Of a DNA stretch of 64,000 nt, positions 10,891 through 21,767 are shown piece after piece (positions within the stretch are counted from its first letter, which is position 1; every line of letters begins with the position of its first letter). The stretch is from an uncultured cyanobacterium (GTDB taxonomy: Bacteria > Cyanobacteriota > Cyanobacteriia > Cyanobacteriales > Nostocaceae): the NCBI GenBank assembly GCA_963706595.1, contig OY970166.1, positions 1,312,001 through 1,376,000 on the forward strand. The letters run 5' to 3'. Below the pieces are notes generated by a model. It ran no database searches, had not been told where the DNA came from, and worked only from the letters and a program-made list of their open reading frames with translations. A program made the position numbers and the translations under genes.

Positions 10891-11897
10891 CTTTTAAGCA
10901 GGTGCTGTTTTACGTCACTTGGCTGAGAAAGTATCAAAGTTGTTGCTGCTACTGCCATCATGCCCATCATAGCTAGGCATAGCACAGCTGTTCTTTGTCT
11001 CAATTTTATGGACGCAACTAAAGTATCTATGGCATTATAAGTACCAGTAACTTGAATGGGAATCAGTGCTTTTAACGCCAAAAATGCATTAGCATAGCGA
11101 TGTTTACACTGACATTCGAGCAACTTCATCAACCATAATCTAAACCAGGGATTAAGTTGGGGAACTAATTTCTGGAAATTCAACCGATACTTATGATCTA
11201 TCAACTTACAAATATCAATAGAACGAGTATCAGTAAGTAAGCAAATCAGTGTCACTCCTAAACTATACAAGTCGGAAGCTAAGGTGAGGGGATGACCAAG
11301 GTGTTCCTCCGGAGGCATAAAACCTGGGGTTCCAGAAGCCAAACTGCTAATAGCCATTTTCACCCCCTCTAACCTAGCCAAGTCAAAATCGACTAAGTAA
11401 GCGTTTAGTTGCTCATCCACTAAAATGTTTTCTGGTTTAATATCCCGATGAATAATTGGCTCGGCTCGTTGTTGCAGATAAACTAAAATCTCTAAAATTG
11501 ATACCGCTATTTGTTTGATTTCTTCGGGGTTGAAATTGCGTCTTAACCCCAGGGATGGAGCGTTTTTATACTCCTGTACCAAATAAAAATTATTTGGCAT
11601 TTCAAAGGAGTCTATGTAGCGGGGGATACGAGGATGATGCAGTTGTCGTAAGATTTCAATTTCATGTTCATAAGTTTTCAAACCTGACCAGTCAGAACTT
11701 GTACTGGCACAATTGAACTCTTTAATCACTACCTGTTGATGAGATTTACAGACCTGAGCTAGGTAAGTAATGCGCCCCTCTACCTGATTCCGTCCTAATT
11801 CTCGAATAACTTCATAGCCTAGCTGAGAAAAATCAGGATAATGACTTAGGCAATTCGCCTCTCGATTATTTACATCAAGCTCCATCACACATACCAT
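10881..11897 (-). CDS. Hanks-type Ser/Thr protein kinase with C-terminal TM helix, possibly 3'-truncated
   Basis: VVIKEF, IIHRDIKPENILV, DFD in place of DFG, GTPGFMPPE, SDLYSLG; stop codon lies inside the repeat. Confidence 0.92.
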   Translation of the reverse strand: MVCVMELDVNNREANCLSHYPDFSQLGYEVIRELGRNQVEGRITYLAQVCKSHQQVVIKEFNCASTSSDWSGLKTYEHEIEILRQLHHPRIPRYIDSFEMPNNFYLVQEYKNAPSLGLRRNFNPEEIKQIAVSILEILVYLQQRAEPIIHRDIKPENILVDEQLNAYLVDFDLARLEGVKMAISSLASGTPGFMPPEEHLGHPLTLASDLYSLGVTLICLLTDTRSIDICKLIDHKYRLNFQKLVPQLNPWFRLWLMKLLECQCKHRYANAFLALKALIPIQVTGTYNAIDTLVASIKLRQRTAVLCLAMMGMMAVAATTLILSQPSDVKQHLLKSGE

Positions 11898-11930
11898 TTG
11901 AGGCTAATTTTGTCAAGAGGCAATTAAAAA

Positions 11931-12096
11931 TGGGGAGTAGGGAGTGGGGAGTGGGGAGTGGGGAGTAGAGGAAAAGGTGCAGGGGGAGGGGGCAGGGGAG
12001 AAGAAGAATGGTTGTTAAGTAACCAGAAGTTTAAAATAATTTCTTACTCCCCCTTGCTCCCTTCTCCCTGCTCCCTTGCCTCTTCTGGGGAGTGGG
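11931..12096 (-). repeat. Right copy of ~170-bp inverted repeat
   Basis: Near-exact reverse complement of 10717-10890. Confidence 0.95.
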
Positions 12097-12165
12097 TTAA
12101 AACCCTTTTGGTGTCTAAGTTTGATTATCCCTTTATGTCTTAACCTCGTTGGCGGTTGCTATATC
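12094..12165 (-). mobile_element. Dispersed MITE-like end (ATAGCAACCGCC..GGGTTTTAACCC)
   Basis: Near-identical copy in the opposite orientation at 48187-48256. Confidence 0.8.
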
Positions 12166-12202
12166 TACACGATAGATGCCCAGAGGGCATCTGTATGCTC
12201 AA

Positions 12203-13096
12203 CTATGAATTTTGCGCCAACCAAGCGACAATCTGGGCGTTAACAACCTCTGGAACTTCATCGTGGGGACAATGACCAGCGTTAGGAATAGGAACAATTT
12301 TGATGTCTTTGCCATTCTCACAAGCCTGTTCATAAATCTTCGCCCCGGTAATTGGTGTCCAGGGATCATCAGCACCCCAAATTACTAATAAAGGACGTGT
12401 GATTTTGGGCAATAGTTCCTCTGGACTAGGGCCAGGAGGGGCTGTGAGAATGGAGGCGAAAACTTGCTGCGCTCCCGGATCACAAGATGGAGTATAAAGG
12501 ATATCGACTAATTCATCTGTGACGGCTTCACGGTTGTGGTAAACTTGGTATAGGGTGCGACGAATTTGGGATTTTTGACGAATGCGGTTGTAGACAAATG
12601 TACCTGTAATAGGCGATCGCACAAATCTGTTAAAAGCTCCCATCACCATCCGTAAAGGTGGATTTAACTCATGGGGACGATGGCTTAAACCACCAGCCGA
12701 GTTAATTAAAACACCACCAGCACTAATTTCTGGATATTCTGCCAACACCATCAAACTGATCAGTGCGCCAATAGAATTACCGATAAATACCGCAGGTTCT
12801 TGGATGTGTGCGTCCCAAAAATCTTTCAGCAGTTCTACCCACACGTCTACAGTGTAATTAATTGGGGCTTTATCAGAACCACCAAAACCCAAAAGATCCA
12901 CAGCAAAAACCCGGTAGCCTGCGTCGGCTAACACCGGGATATTTTTCCGCCAGTGTCCAATGGAAGCCCCAAAGCCGTGAACCAGCACCAAGGGGCGACC
13001 TGTACCCATGACGGTATATTGAATTTTGTGTCCTTGCCAAGTCCAAACAAATTTTTCTAATGTGACTGAAGGTAGCTGCTGTGTAGTTCCGGTCAT
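12203..13096 (-). CDS. Alpha/beta fold hydrolase
   Basis: VHGFGASIGHWR, GNSIG nucleophile elbow, AGHCPHDE. Confidence 0.95.
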   Translation of the reverse strand: MTGTTQQLPSVTLEKFVWTWQGHKIQYTVMGTGRPLVLVHGFGASIGHWRKNIPVLADAGYRVFAVDLLGFGGSDKAPINYTVDVWVELLKDFWDAHIQEPAVFIGNSIGALISLMVLAEYPEISAGGVLINSAGGLSHRPHELNPPLRMVMGAFNRFVRSPITGTFVYNRIRQKSQIRRTLYQVYHNREAVTDELVDILYTPSCDPGAQQVFASILTAPPGPSPEELLPKITRPLLVIWGADDPWTPITGAKIYEQACENGKDIKIVPIPNAGHCPHDEVPEVVNAQIVAWLAQNS

Positions 13097-13355
13097 TATT
13101 AAAATTCATAAAGTATTGTTCTATATCATATTGTCCCTGACTATGAAAAATTTGGGCAAAAATAGCATTTGCGCTTACTGAGGATTTAATTATTTGTTTT
13201 CCGAGTTCATCACTTGCTAGTTCGGTACTTTCAAAAGTTTGTGGTTGATTGACTTTTTTGGTTGATGACTTTGTTGTGGTGTCACACACTCGATTGCAAG
13301 ATTGATGATAGTTTATTTTTACACAAACTCCTTTATCCTAATCGCGATATAAGCT

Positions 13356-13994
13356 ATGACACTCAATTTATATTTACTGCGACATGGAGAAACTACTTTT
13401 AGTCAAAGTGGTAATTTCTGCGGTGGAACTGATGCGGAGTTGACTTCTGAAGGGATGCAGATGGCATCCAGTTTTGCCGATGTTTATCAAAAATTGAAGT
13501 GGGAGGCTGTTTATGCTAGCCCGATGAAGCGCACAATTGCAACTGCCAAGCCATTTTGTGATGCTATCGGTATGGATATGCAGTTGCGTGACGGACTCAG
13601 AGAAGGTAGTTACGGACAATGGGAAACTAAGAGTAAATCCTTTGCCCAAGAGAATTACGCAGAAAACTATCTAAAATGGGTGACAGAACCTGCTTGGAAT
13701 GCACCACTAGGTGGAGAAACTGCGGTAGATATTGCTAACCGTTCTATGCCTGTAATTGCGGAAATTCAAGAAAAGCATCCCGAAGGTAATGTTTTAGTGG
13801 TTTCCCATAAAGCTACGATTCGGATTATGCTTTGCAGTTTACTGGGAATTGATTTGGGACGCTATCGCTATCGGGTGAATATTTTGGTCGCCTCAGTAAG
13901 TATGGTTAAATTTGATGTGAATGGTCCTTTGTTAGAAATATTAGGCGATCGCCATCATATACCCGATCGTCTTCGCTTTCGTACAGGAACATAA
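13356..13994 (+). CDS. Histidine phosphatase (phosphoglycerate mutase-like) family protein
   Basis: LYLLRHGET and VLVVSHKATIR motifs. Confidence 0.93.
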   Translation: MTLNLYLLRHGETTFSQSGNFCGGTDAELTSEGMQMASSFADVYQKLKWEAVYASPMKRTIATAKPFCDAIGMDMQLRDGLREGSYGQWETKSKSFAQENYAENYLKWVTEPAWNAPLGGETAVDIANRSMPVIAEIQEKHPEGNVLVVSHKATIRIMLCSLLGIDLGRYRYRVNILVASVSMVKFDVNGPLLEILGDRHHIPDRLRFRTGT

Positions 13995-14091
13995 ATAGTC
14001 CCGACTAATTGCCCGACTGAAATATTCCCCTTCCCACCCTGGTAGTAGCTTAATCCTAGTTTGACCTCAGAAGTAGGCAGGGTCCAGGGGA

Positions 14092-14230
14092 GAAGAGGCA
14101 GGGGAGCAGGGCGCAGGGCGCAAGGGGGAGTTAGAAATAGAAATTAGTTTAAACTTCCTTACTTAACAACCTTTCCTATTCTCCTCTGCACCCTGCCCCC
14201 TGCCCCCGTTCCTCTTCTCCCCTGCCTCTT
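14092..14230 (+). repeat. Diverged third copy of the STRR-armed element that flanks the kinase
   Basis: GAAGAGGCAGGGGAGCAGGG..AGAAATTAGTTTAAACTTC..TTACTTAACAACC..CCCTGCCTCTT. Confidence 0.75.
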
Positions 14231-14323
14231 AACTCCTAAAGGGCTTAGGAACTATCAGACTCTTGACTATAGACTAATAATAAGTATTAAGCTATTAACA
14301 GTAAACCAGCGAGGGTAAACATC

Positions 14324-14518
14324 ATGATTCTACCTGGATCAACAGTTCGCGTCAAAAATCCCGCAGACACCTATTACCGCTACGAAGGACTTGTACAGCG
14401 TATTAGTGATGGCAAGGTAGCTGTACTCTTTGAAGGTGGCAACTGGGATAAATTAATTACCTTTCGCTTATCAGAATTAGAAGCCGTAGAACTGACAGCC
14501 GGACGAAAAGGGAAGTAG
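14324..14518 (+). CDS. ndhS: NAD(P)H dehydrogenase (NDH-1) subunit S
   Basis: [38 protein letters not shown]. Confidence 0.95.
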   Translation: MILPGSTVRVKNPADTYYRYEGLVQRISDGKVAVLFEGGNWDKLITFRLSELEAVELTAGRKGK

Positions 14519-14535
14519 ATTAATAGTCATTTAGT

Positions 14536-14664
14536 TAGGGACTTCCAAATAAAAAAACATGACAAATTTTATTGTGGGATGGGTGTCCCCACCCGTCCTT
14601 TAATCAGGGCGGGCATCTTTGCCCTCCCCACAATATGGATAATTTATTTCTTGGAAGCCCCTTA
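14536..14664. mobile_element. MITE-like element with internal REP-like hairpins
   Basis: Terminal inverted repeats TAGGGACTTCCAAATAAA / TTTATTTCTTGGAAGCCCCTTA. Confidence 0.7.
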
Positions 14665-14736
14665 TCAGTCATCAGTCATTAGTAAAAGACTGGTGACTAA
14701 TTACTCAAGACTAATGACCAAGGACTAATAACTAAG

Positions 14737-15420
14737 ATGCGTCTACCTTTACCACAGTTTGCCACAGGCAATAACGAAGCGCTGCTGCAAGCAGTTCGCC
14801 ACCCCAACCACATTGCGGAGGTAATTGAAACTACTTCCACCGAATTTCTCTCACAGTGTTTGGAACCAGAAGACTTAAGTTTTCCCCCCATGCCTCCTTT
14901 CGGTAGTTGGGTTTGTGCGGCGGATGAAGAGTCAGGCAATCAAATTTATGGTGTGCTGTATCACGCTACGACCATGCCCATAGATTCGGTACATCGGGCG
15001 GTGGCGCTGGGGTTGTCATTGCAAGATTTACGCGAGGAACAACCCCAAATTTTTGCCATGCTTAAAACTGAATTTCGGGCAGCGATTGTAGGGTTTGAGC
15101 ATTCGTCCTCTCAGACTCTAGGGACAAACCCAGGGGTATATCAGTATTTACCACCACGTCCTCCGCAAATTCATCAAGCTGTTTATCGGTGTGAACCAGA
15201 AGCCATAATTAAATTCACTGAGTCAGTAGATTTTTTGCGGACATTGCTCTCTGTAAGTGGTGCGCCAGTAGAGGCATTAACGGCAGCCGCTATCCGCGAA
15301 GTCTACCAGTTACGCAAAGCTGACCGAGAATGGCTGATCAAAGCTGGACGTACTCTCAGCGTTTTATTAAAAGACGACTACGATCGCTTGCGGTTTATTT
15401 TAAGTCAAATCCATGCTTAG
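14737..15420 (+). CDS. HAS-barrel domain-containing conserved cyanobacterial protein
   Basis: IAEVIETTSTEF..PPFGSWV..PPRPPQIHQAVY pattern. Confidence 0.8.
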   Translation: MRLPLPQFATGNNEALLQAVRHPNHIAEVIETTSTEFLSQCLEPEDLSFPPMPPFGSWVCAADEESGNQIYGVLYHATTMPIDSVHRAVALGLSLQDLREEQPQIFAMLKTEFRAAIVGFEHSSSQTLGTNPGVYQYLPPRPPQIHQAVYRCEPEAIIKFTESVDFLRTLLSVSGAPVEALTAAAIREVYQLRKADREWLIKAGRTLSVLLKDDYDRLRFILSQIHA

Positions 15421-15565
15421 GTAATTAGTTCTGAGATAATTACTTAGGTAGTATGAAGATTTTTTAATTTTTTGTCAGGGTGGCTTTTACGTTGATTGAT
15501 CATTTTTTAATCGATTTCCTTCTAGGTCATCGCCACCTCACCGTCGCCCCTTAAAGTCCAACATA

Positions 15566-17704
15566 ATGGAACTAATATCACAAGTTCTGCTCACCGAACC
15601 AACTTCTCAAGTTCTCGGAGAGGAACCAATTGTGACCTTTGCTGTTTTGCTGGTGGTCATCTTAGTTGTACCTATCCTATTTGAGCGGCTGAGACTACCA
15701 GGATTAATAGGCTTAGTCTTCTCTGGGGTAGTAATGGGTCCATCAGGCTGGAATCTCTTCCGCACAGAATCATCGGTAATTAGCCTGCTATCAGATATGG
15801 GCTTATTTTATTTGATGTTTGTCGCAGGTTTAGAAGTGGAAATTCAGCATTTCCGCCGTTGCAAAAAACGCTCCTTGGGATTTGGCATCCTGACCTTTAG
15901 TTTCCCCCTGGTCATAGGAACCTTAATAGGACAGTTTTTTCATTGGGAATGGAACGCGGCGATTTTAACAGGCTCTTTGTTGGCTTCCTACAACCTTTTG
16001 GCATATCCCGTCATTAGTCGTCTGGGAGTGCTAAATAATGAAGCTGTGACTATCACAATGGGAGCCACCATTTTTACCAACCTTAGCGCTGTGCTGGTAT
16101 TAGCGGTTTGTTTAGCTACTACTAACACTGGACCATTCAACTTAACTCAACTACTTCCCCTCTTGATTTGGTTGGCTGTTTACACCCTGATCATTTTGCT
16201 GGGATTTAATTGGGCTGGCAAAGAATTTTTCCGGCGATGTGGAGACGATGAGGGCAATCAGATTTTATTTGTGTTACTCACCGTATTTCTGGCTGCGGTG
16301 GGCGCTCAATTCATTGGGCTAGAAACCATTGTCGGAGCCTTTTTAGCAGGTTTGGTAGTCAATGAAACTGTGGGTGAAGGGCCAGTCAAGGAAAAAGTGA
16401 TATTTATTGGCAGTGTCCTATTTATTCCCATTTTCTTAGTTAAATTTGGCTCAATGCTGAATCTGCCGACATTAATTACCAGCATTGACACCCTGCAATT
16501 AACGATTTTTATTGTAGTCGGTTTAATTACCAGCAAATTCATTGCCGCTTTCTTCACAAAACTGCTTTACCGCTACAATTGGCGGGAAATGCTGGCTATG
16601 TGGTCACTATCAATACCTCAAACGGGTATGACTTTAGCCGCAGCTTTAGTGGGATATCGGGCTGGATTGCTGCCAGAGACAGTATTAAACAGTGTCTTTG
16701 TTTTAATGTTCGTGACTTCACTCTTAAGTCTATGGCTCACTAGTCAGACAGCCGTGACTTTGGTTTCCACAGCAGTTCTAGAAGCACGTTCTCCTACTTT
16801 ATTTGAGCAGCAGACAGAAGCAAAACCCAGTCGGGTGACGATAGTTGTACCTGTGTATAATCCTCAGACTCAGCAGTATTTGATTGAAATGGCAGCCTTA
16901 TTAGCAACTCAAGCCAAGGGTAGAATTGTACCATTAGCGATCGCCACTGCTGCGGCTCAGATGGATGCACCACAGTTAGAAACTTCTCTGCGTCGAAGTG
17001 AGCGCTTACTAGCAAAAGCTGCCGCCCAAAGTCGATTATTGGGAGTAGAAGCAGAACCATTACTGCGAATTGATGATGCTTTTGCTCTAGGTATTAGTAG
17101 AGCAGCTCGTGAACAAAAGGCGAGTTTAACGATTATGGGTTGGGGTAAACGCACTGGGTTGAGAGCGCGTTTATTTGGGAATGTGATTGATGACGTACTT
17201 TGGGCATCTCATTGTCCAGTGGCGGTGACACGTCTGATGGACTCACCCAAAAAAATTCAACGCATCTTAGTACCCTTAGAAAATTTAACAGCATCATCAT
17301 TGCAACCTGTACAATTTGCCCAGATGTTGGCTGAGGCTAATCAAGCCCAAGTGACTGTACTCCATGTGTGCATGGGTGAAGCTCGTCATTCTCATAAAAT
17401 CGCCGCCAAGCGATCGCATCTGGCTGTGTTAATGTCTCAATTGGATGTGCCTCATCCTCCAGAAATTCAAATCATCGCTCATGAAAATGTTGCCCAAGCA
17501 ATTTTACAGGCAGCAAGATTATATGATTTAGTCGTCTTACCTTTTATCCGTAATCGTTCAAATTCTGGTGGTTTAGCTATTAGCGATGTCACAACCCAGT
17601 TAGCTGGTCAACTTACCTGCTCTATCGTCATGCTGGGAGAACAACAGCACACTGAAACAAAAATGTCAACACCAGAGATTTCCCATTCTAAATCTGCTGT
17701 TTAA
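15566..17704 (+). CDS. Cation:proton antiporter (CPA2) with C-terminal universal-stress-protein domains
   Basis: About 13 TM segments, GLETIVGAFLAGL; USP motifs IVVPVYNP and IMGW..LFGNVID. Confidence 0.92.
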   Translation: MELISQVLLTEPTSQVLGEEPIVTFAVLLVVILVVPILFERLRLPGLIGLVFSGVVMGPSGWNLFRTESSVISLLSDMGLFYLMFVAGLEVEIQHFRRCKKRSLGFGILTFSFPLVIGTLIGQFFHWEWNAAILTGSLLASYNLLAYPVISRLGVLNNEAVTITMGATIFTNLSAVLVLAVCLATTNTGPFNLTQLLPLLIWLAVYTLIILLGFNWAGKEFFRRCGDDEGNQILFVLLTVFLAAVGAQFIGLETIVGAFLAGLVVNETVGEGPVKEKVIFIGSVLFIPIFLVKFGSMLNLPTLITSIDTLQLTIFIVVGLITSKFIAAFFTKLLYRYNWREMLAMWSLSIPQTGMTLAAALVGYRAGLLPETVLNSVFVLMFVTSLLSLWLTSQTAVTLVSTAVLEARSPTLFEQQTEAKPSRVTIVVPVYNPQTQQYLIEMAALLATQAKGRIVPLAIATAAAQMDAPQLETSLRRSERLLAKAAAQSRLLGVEAEPLLRIDDAFALGISRAAREQKASLTIMGWGKRTGLRARLFGNVIDDVLWASHCPVAVTRLMDSPKKIQRILVPLENLTASSLQPVQFAQMLAEANQAQVTVLHVCMGEARHSHKIAAKRSHLAVLMSQLDVPHPPEIQIIAHENVAQAILQAARLYDLVVLPFIRNRSNSGGLAISDVTTQLAGQLTCSIVMLGEQQHTETKMSTPEISHSKSAV

Positions 17705-17834
17705 GAACGAAAATATTGCCTTTTTCAGCCGCTCTCCAATGTGAAGAGAGGTGGAAGTGGACTCAAAAAATGCCCAATTGTCATTGCGATCGCCACATAG
17801 TTAAGGGCAGCAATCACAAAAACATGGGATCATT

Positions 17835-17978
17835 TAGGGATTTCCAGAAAATAAATTGCCCCATTTCATCAGACTATATTTGTTCTTTATCCCCCCTGCT
17901 CCCTGCTCCCTGCTCCCTGCTCCCTGCTCCCCTGCCTACCTCAGCGATGGAATGTTTTTTTAATTGTCAGTCCCTTAT
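17835..17978. mobile_element. MITE-like element carrying a (CTCCCTG)n STRR
   Basis: Degenerate TIRs TAGGGATTTCCAGAAAA / TTTTAATTGTCAGTCCCTTA, related to the 14536 element. Confidence 0.55.
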
Positions 17979-18280
17979 TTTGGGAAATAGTCATGCTAAG
18001 ATTCAGAACAAAATTATCACAGTATTGTGAACAAAACTTGATCTGGATAAAGATTTGATAAATTATTAGCCAAACCAGACAATTTTCCGAGGATGTTTGG
18101 TAACTTGCTATATAAATTGTCTAACTATTGAGTCTCAACTGGACAAAAATACGTATATACTGCATTAAAATGTTGCTTTCAAATTCACTCTGTTTGTTCT
18201 ATATTTTTGTATCCCAAGTGGGTACTCTAATCAATAGGCGAGAGAGCAACTAGAAGTACTTATAAAATAACTCGGAAACT

Positions 18281-19216
18281 ATGAGAATTTTAGTTACAGG
18301 CGGTGCTGGATTTATTGGTTCTCATCTCATTGACAGATTAATCCCCGCAGGACATGAGGTTATTTGCTTAGATAACTTTTACACAGGTGATAAACGCAAT
18401 ATCCTCAAATGGATGAATAATCCATATTTTGAACTCATCCGCCATGACATCACAGAACCGATTCGCTTAGAAGTGGATCAAATTTATCATCTAGCTTGTC
18501 CAGCTTCTCCTGTACATTACCAGTACAACCCCGTTAAAACCGTTAAAACTAACGTCATGGGGACAATGAATATGTTGGGGCTGGCTAAACGGGTTAAGGC
18601 TAGGTTCTTTTTAGCCTCAACCAGCGAAGTTTATGGTGATCCGGAAGTTCATCCCCAACCAGAAGAGTATCGGGGTAGCGTTAATCCTATCGGTATCCGT
18701 TCCTGTTACGACGAAGGCAAACGCATTGCAGAAACTTTGTCATTTGATTATTACAGACAAAATAAAGTCGAAATTCGGGTGGCGCGGATTTTCAATACCT
18801 ACGGACCGAGAATGTTAGAAAACGACGGTCGGGTGGTGAGTAACTTCATCGTTCAAGCTTTAAAGGGTAATCCTTTAACTGTGTACGGAGATGGTTCACA
18901 AACTCGCAGTTTTTGTTACGTTTCTGACTTAGTAGATGGGTTTATCCGCCTGATGAATGGCGACTATGTGGGACCTGTGAATTTGGGTAATCCTGGGGAA
19001 TACACAATTTTGGAATTGGCGCAAGCTGTGCAGAACATGGTCAACCCGGATGCAGAAATTAAGTTTGAGCCACTACCTTCTGATGATCCTCGTCGTCGCC
19101 AGCCTGATATTACCAAAGCTAAAACCTTGTTAAATTGGGAACCTACCATACCGCTACAAGAGGGGCTAAAGCTCACAGTGGATGATTTCCGCAATCGCAT
19201 CCAAAGCGATACCTAA
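18281..19216 (+). CDS. UDP-glucuronate decarboxylase (UDP-xylose synthase, SDR family)
   Basis: [36 protein letters not shown]. Confidence 0.95.
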   Translation: MRILVTGGAGFIGSHLIDRLIPAGHEVICLDNFYTGDKRNILKWMNNPYFELIRHDITEPIRLEVDQIYHLACPASPVHYQYNPVKTVKTNVMGTMNMLGLAKRVKARFFLASTSEVYGDPEVHPQPEEYRGSVNPIGIRSCYDEGKRIAETLSFDYYRQNKVEIRVARIFNTYGPRMLENDGRVVSNFIVQALKGNPLTVYGDGSQTRSFCYVSDLVDGFIRLMNGDYVGPVNLGNPGEYTILELAQAVQNMVNPDAEIKFEPLPSDDPRRRQPDITKAKTLLNWEPTIPLQEGLKLTVDDFRNRIQSDT

Positions 19217-19380
19217 GTTTTAGGTTCGGTGACAGCACGAAATACTGTCATCGAACCTGCGTGCAGGCTCAACGTCTCAGTAGCCTGGACTTCAGTTACT
19301 GGTTTTACCAGTGGTATAAAAGTGTCATCTTTGACAATTTTTTTGAAGGTTAATCCCAAAAAAGCGAGGAGTTAAACTAA

Positions 19381-20772
19381 ATGCGTGTTTGCGTAATTGG
19401 TACGGGTTACGTTGGTTTGGTTACAGGTGCTTGTTTGGCTCATATCGGCCATGATGTCATTTGCGTAGATAATAATGAAGAAAAAGTTAAATTAATGAAG
19501 TCTGGGCAGTCCCCAATTTTTGAGCCGGGACTTTCAGACATTATGCAGTCTGCCATTAAAACAGAGAAAATCCACTTTACTACAGATATTGCCGCCGGAG
19601 TTGCCCACGGAGAAGTTTTATTTATTGCTGTGGGAACACCACCTTTACCTACTGGCGAAAGTGATACCCGCTACGTTGAAGCTGTAGCCCGTGGGATTGG
19701 TGAAAACCTCAACGGTGGTTATAAGGTAATTGTGAATAAATCTACAGTCCCCATTGGTTCTGGTGACTGGGTACGAATGATTGTTTTGGATGGGATTGCG
19801 GAACGTCAGAAAACACTTGTCCCCGCAGGTGGAGTAGCAAGTGATGAAAAATCACTTGAAGATTTAGCCCAATTTGATGTGGTCAGCAATCCAGAGTTTT
19901 TGCGTGAAGGTTCGGCGGTGTATGACACTTTTAACCCTGATCGAATCGTTTTAGGCGGGAATAGTCAAAGAGCGATCGCTTTGATGAAAGAACTGTATAC
20001 GCCCATTGTCGAACGCCAGTATGCTGCTGATAAATCTTTACCACAAGTGCCTGTACTAGCTACAGACCTCAGTTCCGCCGAAATGATCAAATACGCTGCT
20101 AATGCCTTTTTAGCCACCAAAATTAGCTTTATTAACGAAGTTGCGAATATTTGCGATCGCGTCGGTGCTGATGTTACCCAAGTAGCAAAAGGCATTGGTT
20201 TAGATTCCCGCATTGGTAACAAATTTTTAAACGCTGGGATTGGTTGGGGTGGTTCCTGCTTCCCGAAAGATGTCTCAGCACTGATTCACACGGCTGAAGA
20301 CTATGGTTATGAAGCCCAGATTATGAAAGCTGCTGTCAGTGTCAACGAGCGCCAGCGCTTGATTGCTTTAGAAAAACTCCAGCAAGTTCTCAAAATTCTC
20401 AAAGGTAAAACTGTCGGACTTCTAGGTTTAACCTTCAAGCCAGATACAGATGATATGCGAGATGCGCCAGCACTGAATTTGATTGAACAGCTTAACCGAC
20501 TAGGAGCGAAAGTCAAAGCCTACGACCCCATTGTTTCCCAAACAGGTTTACGTCATGGTCTAACTGGCGTGTTAGTGGAAACCGATGCGGAAAGGCTAGC
20601 CGATGGCTGCGACGCTTTGGTATTAGTCACCGAATGGCAGCAGTTCAGCAGTCTAGATTACGCTAAGATGGCAAAATTAATGATCCATCCTGTAATCATT
20701 GATGGTCGAAACTTCCTTGACCCTGAAACTATGGTTAGGGCTGGTTTCCAATATGTCGGTGTGGGAAGATAG
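19381..20772 (+). CDS. ugd: UDP-glucose 6-dehydrogenase
   Basis: IGTGYVGL, NPEFLREG, GGSCFPKD, FKPDTDDMR. Confidence 0.96.
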   Translation: MRVCVIGTGYVGLVTGACLAHIGHDVICVDNNEEKVKLMKSGQSPIFEPGLSDIMQSAIKTEKIHFTTDIAAGVAHGEVLFIAVGTPPLPTGESDTRYVEAVARGIGENLNGGYKVIVNKSTVPIGSGDWVRMIVLDGIAERQKTLVPAGGVASDEKSLEDLAQFDVVSNPEFLREGSAVYDTFNPDRIVLGGNSQRAIALMKELYTPIVERQYAADKSLPQVPVLATDLSSAEMIKYAANAFLATKISFINEVANICDRVGADVTQVAKGIGLDSRIGNKFLNAGIGWGGSCFPKDVSALIHTAEDYGYEAQIMKAAVSVNERQRLIALEKLQQVLKILKGKTVGLLGLTFKPDTDDMRDAPALNLIEQLNRLGAKVKAYDPIVSQTGLRHGLTGVLVETDAERLADGCDALVLVTEWQQFSSLDYAKMAKLMIHPVIIDGRNFLDPETMVRAGFQYVGVGR

Positions 20773-20981
20773 AAAAACCTCACCCCCAACCCCTCTCCTT
20801 AGTAAGGAGAGGGGAGACTTTGACGCAAGTTAAAGGCGGGGTGAGGTTCTGTATTTTAAGGGTTACATAGAAGTTAAAAATAGAGAATAAAAAACCTCAC
20901 CCCCAACCCCTCTCCTTGGTAAGGAGAGGGGAGACTTTGACGCAAGTTAAAGGCGGGGTGAGGTTCTGTCTTTTAAGGGTT
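20773..20981. repeat. Two direct copies (period 117 bp) of a palindromic REP-like unit between convergent genes
   Basis: AAACCTCACCCCCAACCCCTCTCCTT(A/G)GTAAGGAGAGGGG..GGGGTGAGGTT at 20773-20864 and 20890-20981; family members at 31126-31170 and 55932-56006. Confidence 0.93.
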
Positions 20982-21767
20982 GCTGGGAATACGTTCTATT
21001 TCCGCATAACCACTGAAAATTAAATTTTTACCTTCAGTTTCTAAACGATTCAGTCGCATTTTCACACCATCAAGGTCAAAGCGATCCAAATCAACCATAT
21101 TATCTAAAATTTCCGCCAGCGCCATACTCAATGTTTGGGAGATTTCCCGTTGGGCTTCTGGTATTGAGTCAAGCTCAATTTGGGGGTTTTTAAAGGAAAT
21201 CCGTCGCCGTCTTTCCACAGCTACACTCATTACCATGCTTAGTGGGATGATTTCGCCATTATTTAAATCTGCTTTAGCTAAAATCCGCAGATGATTTGCT
21301 GCTAAAAGTTCTACTTGAATATCGGTAAAGGAAACTGGTGTACCTCCAGAGATTTCTGTCAAGGAGGGTACTGTGAGGTTAACCAGGTGCTGTGTCACCA
21401 GTTTGGCGTTGAAGGCTTGGTTAATGCCCGCTTCTGATAGAATTACGTTAGCGATCGCCTGGGTGGGTTGCTTGAGGTTGAGCTTACCACTCAGAACCGC
21501 ACCGAAGTCAATGGCAACCGCATCGGTTTCAAAGGACATTTCCTCGACCAAAAAATCTTTACGAATCACCAAGCCAGTACCGCTCATTTTGAAGCTATCA
21601 ATGCTGCCTTGCAACAGTTTGCTGGAGGGATAGCAGCGCACAAAGACTTCTACTGACTTGCTTTGGGTAAACAAGTGGCGAATCGTTTGGCTGGCGACTG
21701 TGTTTAGCATTCGCTCTCCCCAATCTGTGCTTTGAGAATCTTTTAAACCAGTAAGTCCGCCGAACAT
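20973..21767 (-). CDS. DUF2993 / LmeA-like phospholipid-binding protein
   Basis: MFGGLTG..DWGERMLNTVASQTIRHLF; ATG 21767 preferred. Confidence 0.82.
   Translation of the reverse strand: MFGGLTGLKDSQSTDWGERMLNTVASQTIRHLFTQSKSVEVFVRCYPSSKLLQGSIDSFKMSGTGLVIRKDFLVEEMSFETDAVAIDFGAVLSGKLNLKQPTQAIANVILSEAGINQAFNAKLVTQHLVNLTVPSLTEISGGTPVSFTDIQVELLAANHLRILAKADLNNGEIIPLSMVMSVAVERRRRISFKNPQIELDSIPEAQREISQTLSMALAEILDNMVDLDRFDLDGVKMRLNRLETEGKNLIFSGYAEIERIPSNP

Noticed and set aside
11958..12143. ORFs made of STRR translations (also 17716-18030, 29900-30148, 44970-45173, 45640-46016, 59540-59843)
   Set aside because: Low-complexity GSGEWG/PAPCSLL products of heptamer repeats, not real genes
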